DNA of 20,977 nt, taken from positions 16,712,566 through 16,733,542 of the forward strand of contig JANKJI020000004.1 of the NCBI GenBank assembly GCA_024626585.2, written 5' to 3'. Each line of letters begins with the position of its first letter. Positions within the stretch are counted from its first letter, which is position 1. The stretch comes from Ginkgo biloba (Eukaryota; Plantae; Ginkgophyta). The position numbers and the translations under genes are program-made. Positions 1 through 10,200 of this stretch are shown in pieces. The notes under the pieces are model-generated. The model saw nothing but the letters and a program-made list of their open reading frames with translations, had not been told where the DNA came from and searched no databases.

Positions 1-97
1 TCACCAGGGGATAAATGATGGGGTTTAATTTGCCCCATCATTGGCTCTATTTTTCGAGCCTTTTTGTATTCTTTGGATCAATCCATGCCGGGATTTC

Positions 98-190
98 CGA
101 GCTCCCAAGGGGGAGAAAAGCAACTGGGTCATGCATGAGTATCGTCTGGAGGGCAAATTCTCTTATAATCAGCTCCCTAAGACATCTAAG
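98..190 (+). CDS. NAC transcription factor (NAM/CUC/NAC100 clade), 3' part of exon 2 encoding NAC subdomain D; 5' part missing
   Basis: Translates [31 protein letters not shown], very close to CUC2/ANAC100 subdomain D. Ends at AAG|GTATTA, a phase-0 donor at the conserved NAC intron-2 position. Upstream of 98 the expected KKTLVFYxG is not present in frame. Confidence 0.93.
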
Positions 191-806
191 GTATTATTAT
201 TCTCTCTCTTGTACCTTCTTCTTCGTCATATGTGTCTGTTTTATTAACAGTTTGCTGAGGTTTCTGAGCTGGGTAATGTGGGTTTGCTTTGAAGATTTCA
301 GGGATATATGAATGCTGTAGCTTGGTATGTTTTGAAAAGTTTCTGAGCTGTATATATGTTTTGTTGGGATTTTTCCCAAAGGATTTGAGGTGCCTCTATG
401 TTGTTGTCTGGTTATGTTAGAAGGTTTTTAGGATGTATATATATGCTGTTGTCTGGNNNNNNNNNNNNNNNNNNNNNNNNNNNNNNNNNNNNNNNNNNNN
501 NNNNNNACGTTGTTGTCTGGTTATGTTTGAAGATGTGGGGTGTGTATATTGTTGTTGGCTAGTTATGTTATTTGTTCCCCAAGGTTTTGTGGGGTTACGT
601 GTTTTGTTTGATTAGGAATTTTGTATGAGCTTGAAGTATCGTCTGAGGTTTCTAGGATGGATTCGTCATACATGTTGTCTGGTTAGGTTATGTTTTGTCC
701 AATGTTCAATTTTGAGTAGAACTTCTAGGTGTATTGTGTNNNNNNNNNNAATTGCATATGGGTTTCAAGTGTTTCTGAGCTGTTTTTTGGGGCAAATAAT
801 GTGCAG
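191..806 (+). other. NAC intron 2 (GT...AG, phase 0)
   Basis: GT at 191-192 and GTGCAG acceptor ending at 806. T/G-rich. Splicing gives ...PKTSK|DEWVVSRIFQK, the canonical D/E subdomain junction. Confidence 0.88.
256..782. repeat. Degenerate dispersed minisatellite within NAC intron 2
   Basis: TGTTGTCTGG(TTATGTT) at 402, 447, 511 and 673, with a variant near 550. GTTTCTGAGCTG near 260, 339 and 771. Confidence 0.6.
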
Positions 807-1005
807 GATGAATGGGTTGTTTCTCGCATATTTCAGAAGAGTGCAGGAGGGAAGAAGAGCTCTTCAGGATTCAGCAGAAACGCCTATCTTGACTCAGTAG
901 AATCTCCTTCTCTGCCGCCACTGTTAGAATCTCCATACACAAACGCAGGCGCAGTTAATGAAGAAAGTGGATCTCTGGAGAGTGAAGGGTCTGCAAGGGA
1001 GCATG
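807..1005 (+). CDS. NAC exon 3, copy A (subdomain E plus start of the C-terminal region); truncated by an assembly gap
   Basis: DEWVVSRIFQKSAGGKK...LPPLLESPY...GSAREH, containing subdomain E, the CUC-type LPPL motif and the start of the EHVSCFS motif. N-run begins at 1006. Confidence 0.9.
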
Positions 1006-1958
1006 NNNNNNNNNNNNNNNNNNNNNNNNNNNNNNNNNNNNNNNNNNNNNNNNNNNNNNNNNNNNNNNNNNNNNNNNNNNNNNNNNNNNNNNNNNNNNNN
1101 NNNNNTATTCCTCGCAATTGTCCAAGAAAATTTGAAAAATTGTAACAAAGGTAGATGCATAATATCAAAAATTTCTAATAAAAATAAATGCATAATTTTG
1201 AAAATATTTTTATGTTCAAGAATGTGAGAAGATGCTATGGAACATGCAAAGTTTCAAGTATAAGAATTGTTTGCACACAAAAACCTGAGATTTCATCCTA
1301 GAATAAAAGAATTGCAAAACCATACTTAAATTACTTTCAGAAATTCAGAATGGCTTCCAAGCACTGGCATGGGAAAACTTACATAGGCTGTGCATATATA
1401 CTAGAAACCGTCATGCAATCGCAACTCACAGCCTAACAATGAACATTGAAAACTAATGAAATCAAATAATCTTTGTGCTCACCTTCATTCAATATCTATT
1501 AAGCCAAGCCAAGCAGCTGTGCTTGAGTACTGTCAAAGTCTTTTCCACCTAATCTGATTTTCCATATCATGCTAAGCCACACAAAATGGACAAAACAGAA
1601 TTCAAAAAGTAGCCAGCTTGGATCAAATACATCATTTATGCTCACATACTTTCATTAAACTATCACTTACAACGATACGCTTTTGCCTAAATAGATTGCA
1701 GCAGCAAAATTTGCTGCTCTGGTTGAACTGTTTTACAAGCCCTGCAATCAGACTACACACACGCATAAATATTCATGGATTAATCAACTTATGGCTATTT
1801 AATTTATTTTCATATCCATACTTNNNNNNNNNNNNNNNNNNNNNNNNNNNNNNNNNNNNNNNNNNNAGTGACAGAATGATTCCTAAAGCTAAAATAGCTT
1901 AGATGATCATGGATTATTATTAGTGATAACCTTCCACCTGTTAATTGGACTTGTGCAG

Positions 1959-2969
1959 GATGAATGGGTGGCAACTTGAATATTTCAGAAAACTTCAGGA
2001 GCAAAGAAGAATAATTCGTTAGGATGTAACAGAACATCCTATCTAAATGATTTGGACTCTGCAGCTTTGCCTCCATTATTGGAATCGCCTTATATTACCA
2101 CTAATGAAGTGAAGGGGGGGAGTCGATCTCTGGAAAGTGAATCAGGATCTGCGAGGGTGGATCAGCATGTGTCCTGCTTCTCCACAGCACAATATAACAG
2201 CAACAGTAGCGCTTTCAGGCCTCCAAATCATCATATGCAGCAGCAGAGAGACACTGCAGACCTGTCCGAAATCGCTAGCATTATGAGGAGTTCACCATAT
2301 ATACAGAACCTGGTACTGAATGACCCTCGTTTTAGTATAAACAACATTAGGTCCAGTGCACTTCCTTCTTTCGCCAATCTAAGACCAGATAACCATAACC
2401 ATGTTCATACCCAACAGCAGCCTCCATTCCTTTTCTCACAGAACATGTCTGCATTCATTCCATCGCCTTCCATGTCCACAAATGTGAGCTTCGCCATGGA
2501 CGCCAACCCCAACCAAAACCTCTCTGATTTTCCTCAAAATGTTCTTTTGAGGGCTCTGGTTGACCAGTATGCATCAACCAATGATACCCATACCATAAAA
2601 CAATGCAAAATGGAGCCTTCATTTGGCGCACAATCTGATAAATCTGTCTGCAATGACAAGAGCCTGAGAGGGTCCGCAGGTCAATGGGTCGAAACCCAGC
2701 AGCGCCAAATCAGCATGGAAAACAATGGGGTTTCTCAACAGCAGCAGATGCAAGCTCAAGCTCAAACTCAGCCGGCAGTGAACATCCGACAAGCTGAGAC
2801 AACATGTCTGAGTTCTGACATGAATACTGAAATATCCTCAGTGGTGTGTAACCGTATCAACCGTTCATATCAGGTTGATCCTTCATCGGCAACTACTCCA
2901 GTTGATGGGGTTATTAATTCCATGGAATTCAAACTATATTCCGAGTTCTGTCTTGTTGACAGTATCTAA
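1959..2969 (+). pseudogene. NAC exon 3, copy B (CUC/NAC100-like terminal exon) with premature TGA at 1977-1979; a CDS if the stop is a base-call error
   Basis: TTGTGCAG acceptor ends at 1958. Reads DEWVAT*IFQKTSGAKK...LPPLLESPY...QHVSCFS...KQCKME...TCLSSDMNTEISSVV...TAA(2967-2969). These motifs are typical of miR164-targeted NAM/CUC/ORE1/NAC100 proteins. 329 open codons follow the stop. Confidence 0.85.
2164..2184 (+). promoter_or_regulatory. miR164 target site
   Basis: AGCATGTGTCCTGCTTCTCCA against miR164 (UGGAGAAGCAGGGCACGUGCA): miRNA nt 1-12 perfect, G:U at nt 13 and 17, mismatch at nt 21. Overlaps the HVSCFS codons, as in CUC genes. Confidence 0.93.
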
Positions 2970-5335
2970 ATATAACTGCAATGTGTACATAACTTGTTTG
3001 TATGAAGGCTTCATATCAAAGTTATGAAAAGGCATTTAGTTTAGTATATCCGCTAGATTAACTGCATTACAGGATAGATATCCATCTCCAGCAGGCCACG
3101 TTTGAACATATTGAATATTATACATTTCTAGAAAAAGGATTAAGGACAGGCTACAACAGTCTGGTTTTTGTTTGTATTGTGTGTACAACACATCATTTCA
3201 GTTTTTTTTAACACATCATCTCACTTTTTAAGTATTTTTGTGATCATAAATGTGATGTGATTCATTTCACTTCAGTGAACAAAATCTTGTTAAAGATTTA
3301 AACGTCCATCAATATTTTTGTGAATACGATCATGCGTGAAGCAGAAACTGAAGCTGTGATTCATATTTTGACACTTGCCAATGTAAATTCTTATTTATTN
3401 NNNNNNNNNNNNNNTCTAACAATATGTTTCCTTCTACATTCTACCTGCACATTATTATTTTTCGGAGTTTTTTAAAAACAATATGGACACAATTTAATAC
3501 ATCCCCACCTCTAGCACGTACGCCTGCACTCGTACATAAAACAAAGGACAAAACTACACACGCTATACAGGCATATAGACACAGGCCGAGACCCAGATAT
3601 TTTCTGAACATTATTTAAAATTATTGTTTACAATTACACGCCACTCTTGCCCGCCTTGCACACGAACAATATGCTCTCTCAATTATTGTTTTAAGAGAAG
3701 AAGGTTGATATGCCCAGCCAGCTAATGACACGATGTCTTTGGATAAAACTATGGAATTCTTAAAAATATTTTTGGCGTTGCCCAGAAATTATTTTGTATG
3801 TACAGCAGAATATGTTGTCTGGTTCATAATGGAACGGACAACTAAAGCTGGCGTCATACGATTGTCTAAAATTTGAAATAAAATTTGAATATCAACGTCG
3901 ATGTTATAATGTTACTTTCTGATGTGAACCTGGTTCGTTTGAAGTAGTTAAATTTCTCATTCAGTAATGCCCATCCCCCGTCCCTTCTCTCTGTGTATGT
4001 GTGTATGTAAATGCCTGTGCGGAGAATCTGTTGCACACGGACTGCTTGCACCCATATTCAAACTCCTGTCACTTTCTTCCATAGTCCCACTTAACCATTT
4101 CATCAGGACATAAAACATCTTGCCAGTATGAATTTTCCGTCACTTGTCTTTGGCTGCTATATGTACAATTTAAATTTGGAATAGTTGTACTTCCGTATTA
4201 ATGTGTCTTTTTNNNNNNNNNNNNNNNNNNNNNNNNNNNNNNNNNNNNNNNNNNNNNNNNNNNNNNNNNNNNNNNNNNNNNNNNNNNNNNNNNNNNNNNN
4301 NNNNNNNNNNNNNNNNNNNNNNNNNNNNNNNNNNNNNNNNNNNNNNNNNNNNNNNNNNNNNNNNNNNNNNNNNNNNNNNNNNNNNNNNNNNNNNNNNNNN
4401 NNNNNNNNNNNNNNNNNNNNNNNNNNNNNNNNNNNNNNNNNNNNNNNNNNNNNNNNNNNNNNNNNNNNNNNNNNNNNNNNNNNNNNNNNNNNNNNNNNNN
4501 NNNNNNNNNNNNNNNNNNNNNNNNNNNNNNNNNNNNNNNNNNNNNNNNNNNNNNNNNNNNNNNNNNNNNNNNNNNNNNNNNNNNNNNNNNNNNNNNNNNN
4601 NNNNNNNNNNNNNNNNNNNNNNNNNNNNNNNNNNNNNNNNNNNNNNNNNNNNNNNNNNNNNNNNNNNNNNNNNNNNNNNNNNNNNNNNNNNNNNNNNNNN
4701 NNNNNNTTGAAGGAAGAATAAAAAAAATTTTAAAATAACAATTTGAGGGCAGAATCAATATGGGAAAAATAAAAAATTAGTAGGAAGTGAAAATGCTATC
4801 TTGACAGCAGCTAAGTATTTCCTTGTGAATAATTATAAATTATTCGACCATATTGCATAAAAATAGAAAACAATCACTGCCCAATACAAGGCAGTTGTAG
4901 TAAAAAATAAAAAATTAATTCCAATGAGACCCGTACTTCAGTAAGTAATATTAACACACGATTTAATTAGGAACAGAGAATTCTCATTGATCTCTACTNN
5001 NNNNNNNNNNNNNNNNNNNNNNNNNNNNNNNNNNNNNNNNNNNNNNNNNNNNNNNNNNNNNNNNNNNNNNNNNNNNNNNNNNNNNNNNNNNNNNNNNNNN
5101 NNNNNNNNNNNNNNNNNNNNNNNNNNNNNNNNCGGTGACCGAGAATATAATCTAGGCAACTCTTTATTTAAAAAGAGCTTGGAACAACTCTACACGCAAA
5201 AGTAGACTGATGTAGAAAACCATTGAATCTCTGTCAACATTAATCATGTTCTACAAACAGATTATATATTTTAAAAAGGAACACAAGAATTCTAAAAAAA
5301 ATATCGTTGATCACTGTGCTGAATAATCAATGGTA

Positions 5336-5350
5336 ATATATATATATATA
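5336..5350. repeat. (AT)n microsatellite
   Basis: ATATATATATATATA. Confidence 0.7.
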
Positions 5351-6127
5351 AATCAGATTTACTGGTGTGCAAGCTTTAATTACGATGACTCGACTGTATC
5401 TATTTTTATCCAGNNNNNNNNNNNNNNNNNNNNNNGTTTTGAAATATACAACAATCCTTTAAGCCACATATGATGCCCGATGGAGTGAAACTCCAATATT
5501 TTTGTTGCGTCAAAGGCAAAGATCAAAAGACTACAAATGAACCAAAAACTTTGAAATATTTCATAATTCAATTTGCTAACTCCCGAATCTTACAGAAATA
5601 TCCCAATTTCCACAACACAACGAAATGGCATTTTGTTTTCCCGAATGTGGAACAGTATCGACCCAGAGTGGGATCTGGCCTTCANNNNNNNNNNNNNNNN
5701 NNNNNNNNNNNNNNNNNNNNNNNNNNNNNNNNNNNNNNNNNNNNNNNNNNNNNNNNNNNNNNNNNNNNNNNNNNNNNNNNNNNNNNNNNNNNNAAGGGCA
5801 CTGTTCTAATCACTGTCATACCCTTAACGCAAGGTAAGCTTCCCTCTAAGCTCAGGCCTGCTGGAAAAAAAATTATATTTAGCAACGAAACAATGTTTGT
5901 TGCAAATTGAGAAAATAGATTTTGTTTTAGTGGGAAATTTGTTGTGGAAAAGAATTTTGTAATGACATGATGTTGTTGGGTGTCGGTGTTTGTTTTTTAG
6001 TGGTTGTCGTCCCTTGTTGGGATTGAAGTAATATGATTGATGTCCTTTGCGATCATGGATTTGACGAGGAGGATTGGCAGATTGATAAATCAATATTACA
6101 ATCCTATGGATATTATTGGTGGAATAT

Positions 6128-6142
6128 AATAATAATAATAAT
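6128..6142. repeat. (AAT)n microsatellite
   Basis: AATAATAATAATAAT. Confidence 0.65.
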
Positions 6143-7140
6143 GCAGCTTGGTGATGGAGACTTGAGGCTGAGCATTCTGAATGCTGATATGCCGTATATC
6201 AAGCTTAAAACATGTGGCAGTTGCCGAACTTTATTGGATATGTTGCTTTCCTATATTTCGTGCTATATTCATTGGGGATACCATAATGTGAACAAATTTT
6301 TGTGTAGAGTCACCAACATAGCTTTGGTTCAAACAGAATTTGCTTCTTCGTTCACACTCTAAAATAACTACACCAAACACTCGAGGTTGGGGTCTAGAAA
6401 AACTTTTAAGCATTATGAAAGGAAGAAATTGGGAGGCTTTGTGTCTCCTATAAAACGAAAATATCAACAAATCACAAGTAGGACTTGCATATGATCATTA
6501 GGCTTTCTTTTGTCTTGACATCCATGCACAATCATGCGAACGTTGCCACCATGCATTGTCGCTACCACCTTATGTAGCACAAATTGCCATATTGGCAACA
6601 TATTCCATCATTTGGTGGCACATTCTACATTAAGATCAAATAGCCATATTTTGTGTGATCTCATTTACTAACCATCATAAAAGATTGACAAAATTAACTA
6701 CTTTTGAGGGGGGGTTAGTAAATTATCAAATACCACAATATACACAATGATGACTTTGTTACATTTCTAAAATATAATAAAGGGTTGAAAAATAGATTAA
6801 TCACTTTCATAGACAATGATGTGCCATTGAAAACCAGGAGGGGGCTAGCATGTGTGATAGAGTCTATCCTAGTTAGGGGCTATGACTATTAGTAGTCCTA
6901 GGAGGATTATTTTTGATCTTGTGAGAGGATTATTCATATTTATTAATTACTATTGTGAGAGTTTTTCTTCCACATTTGGTTTTNNNNNNNNNNNNNNNNN
7001 NNNNNNNNNNNNNNNNNNNNNNNNNNNNNNNNNNNNNNNNNNNNNNNNNNNNNNNNNNNNNNNNNNNNNNNNNNNNNNNNNNNNNNNNNNNNNNNNNTAA
7101 TTTTCTCTCTATGCTATAAGGAAAATTGGTTATATTTTGT

Positions 7141-7203
7141 TTCGAGTGAAGCTTATGAGCTTCACTTGGAAAGAAGCTTTTGAGCTTTTGATGTGAAGCT
7201 CAT
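7141..7203. repeat. Overlapping inverted repeats built on the GTGAAGCT/AGCTTCAC core
   Basis: AGTGAAGCT (7145-7153) pairs with AGCTTCACT (7158-7166). ATGAGCTTCAC (7155-7165) pairs with GTGAAGCTCAT (7193-7203). Confidence 0.7.
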
Positions 7204-10200
7204 CTTTAATGGGGTTTGAATGCTTTCTCATGTAAAACTCTTCTCTCATTAGGCCCATGGGCAATTTTGCAAGGCTTGTTATGCATGAGGATATGCATGT
7301 GTAGCATGCACTCTCAATAAAAGTAATAAATCACAAGAGAAAAAGAAATGATTAAACTTGATATTTGAAGTGTTAAGATTTTAACGATAATGAAAGAGCC
7401 TTTGAATCACAATTAGCATTAAGGCAGGGAATTGATCATAACATTACGCCAAATACCTATAAATAGATTGCACTATTACAATTCTAAAGAACGTAAAAAG
7501 AAATACCATTTTCATTCAAGAAAAATATTTTATGACCATTTGAATCTTCCTTATAACCTTTAAAAGTTGGCCATGAAAAATGCATAAGATTCTTCATTAA
7601 TGATATTTTATAAAGTTTGTTCACAAGCTTCTACATATTTCTTACAAGAAGATGAACAACTCTAAAGCACAGACCATCTTCTATAGGAAAGTGCCAAAAA
7701 TTGATTAAACAAAAAAGGTACAAATAAAACTTATTAGTTCTAAAGTATAAGACTTAGGAAAACATTTATTAATATTTAAAATAAAAATAATTTATTATTG
7801 AAGTTGAAATCAACATTACATACCCTTCTTGACCTAAGTAATAGGATGTTATTCACATAGAGGCTTTACCAATATGATCATACATACCTTTTTTTACCTC
7901 TACTTATGTCACATATTTTATTTTTTCCTTTCCTTTTCTCTTTTTCTCTTACTTCCTATTGCAATGTTTTATATTTCTCAATGGAAATGTATGGTGGCCT
8001 TGGATGACAAATGCGTATTAGCTAATATCTATTTAATTTGACGCTCTAATGTAAACCCAACATTGGATTTTGATATAGAACGCATAAAGTTATGGAAGAA
8101 GTTTGATAAATCAAGTTTACTCGAGAACTGATACTATTGTAAGTTGTCCAAACTCTTAGATGTCTACTATAGTCCTAAGAAACACTAATTGTNNNNNNNN
8201 NNNNNNNNNNNNNNNNNNNNNNNNNNNNNNNNNNNNNNNNNNNNNNNNNNNNNNNNNNNNNNNNNNNNNNNNNNNNNNNNNNNNNNNNNNNNTTCACCAT
8301 TCTATAACTAATACTAAGGGAATTAGGATATCTAGTTCTATGCACAATTGTTGTAGTAATTCAATTTTCTTTGATCTTTCTATTAGGCATTGGGAAATGA
8401 TACATGGATTCATGGTGCTTAATTATCTTCTCTAGTAAAATCATGGTCCTATATTCTATTCGTTTTTTCTTTATTTCTAACAAGCAATTGATTGGGGGTG
8501 ATTTTACTTTAGTCACTATTTCCTGGATTATTTATACAACTCTCTAAAAGAATTATTTTTCTTATTCTGGGTTCAAAAAATTATCTTCCTGACTTCTTGT
8601 ATTCTTTTTTCTTATTAACAGTAATATAATCTCTATGTTGTCTAGAATCCTACTTAGAAGGCTTGATATCTTAGTTTATTTTTTTAGGTTATTTTTACAT
8701 TTATCTAACTCATGATCTTTGGGACCACATTCTTCCCAAATAAATCTAGCATTGTATTTTTCCATAGGAAATCCTAATCTTATGTATCCCCAACATAGGT
8801 AGAGGTGACATATGATAGGTCTAATTTTTCCCTCCATATTTTAGAATTTCCTTTGGCCACTACTTCATTGGTAATATAAGTTTTGTGTCCCGCGTCCCCT
8901 CATTCATGGTTCCTATATTCATTTGGCTTCTTTGGTTTTAAAAATAGGTTTTTATTGAATGGAAATTGATATTTTAGAAATAAATATTTTTCTCTTGAGT
9001 TATATGTAGGTTTCTCCTTAGGTGGTATGGTGAAGACCCCTAGATATCCCAAAGGTTTTAGAAAAAAGATATAGCTTTTGTAATGGCTTGGGAGAACTCC
9101 ACCTTATTATTTTCTCCACTTCTCGACCTAAGGTTCAAGAATGAAAGTGAAACTAAAATGTTAGTGTCTAGGATACTCTACTTTATACATTCATTTTGAG
9201 GTGATGATTGAATCCCACAATGGAAAAAACATGTTACTCTCAATAATTGGTTATACCATAGCCTTGAGAGGATGAAAGCACCAATGAGAAGCTAATGCTA
9301 ATAAAAGGAAATACACATGATGGATAAAATAGAAAATATTATTATTGTAAAGAACTTGTCATTTAGAATGATCATATACAAAATTGATGATCAATACAAT
9401 CATTTGTTTAACCCTTAAATAGATTCCTAGTGCCTTGTCATGGGTGAATACCATCCTTCTTAANNNNNNNNNNNNNNNNNNNNNNNNNNNNNNNNNNNNN
9501 NNNNNNNNNNNNNNNNNNNNNNNNNNNNNNNNNNNNNNNNNNNNNNNNNNNNNNNNNNNNNNNCCACATGATGGCTTATCCACAATTTATTATGGTAACA
9601 AAGGTGTTAATGTGTTATTATAAACTTTCTCCTTGTATTCTTAAAAATTCTGGTAGGAAATGAGTTAAAAAAAGGATGGGAATTTGGCCCCACATTCAAT
9701 GGATGTTTTTAGAAACTTATACATCTATATTACATGCACACCAACAAAGATAAAGGTAAAATGGGGTGTGAAATGATTGTATCTATATGTTTCCAAGCAC
9801 TGTCCTATAAGTTGTGTTAGCATTTGTATTTTATTAAGATTAACTTATAAATATATTTGACTCCCATTTTTTTTTTACATGAGGGCATATACTTCCATTT
9901 ATATTCTTAAGACTATAACAAGATCTATTAAATTCTAATATTGATCATATTGACCTTTGAGAGGTAGGGTCACTAGAAAATCGATGGTGATTATTTTTAT
10001 GAATTTAGTTTCTTAAGTGAGATCAATATCATTCTTCATATTAATAATATATGGTTATTTATGTATGTTAAAGGGATATTTAATCACTTATTCATCATTG
10101 TTATTACCTTCCTTGTAAGCATCCTACATAAGGAATCAACATCCAAGGAAATAACTTTGAAATGATAAATGAGGTCCAATATATATAGTGATTAAAACGT

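Noticed and set aside
1483-1549. Minus-strand exon-like segment with AG|GTGAGC donor and TTAG acceptor
   Set aside because: Stops in all three frames and no recognisable homology.
2052-2969. 305-aa stand-alone ORF as an intronless gene
   Set aside because: Starts at TTG inside a NAC terminal exon whose real boundary is the acceptor at 1958; the first in-frame ATG is at 2235.
3950-4090. Possible MIR164-like precursor near the target gene
   Set aside because: No mature miR164 sequence and no convincing fold-back.
4185-4758. Long ORFs in the track here and at 16229-17083 and other gaps
   Set aside because: Composed almost entirely of N (X) codons; artefacts of assembly gaps.
5794-6362. Possible spliced unit (AAG|GTAAGC donor at 5834, ATGCAG acceptor at 6146) and the 109-aa ORF 6033-6362
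   Set aside because: Joined frames stop almost immediately, the ORF includes an (AAT)n run and no known motif; a non-coding transcript cannot be supported without RNA data.
6703-6720. TTGAGGGGGGG polypurine tract resembling an LTR PPT
   Set aside because: Not followed by a canonical TG LTR start, and no RNase H or integrase remnant recognised upstream.
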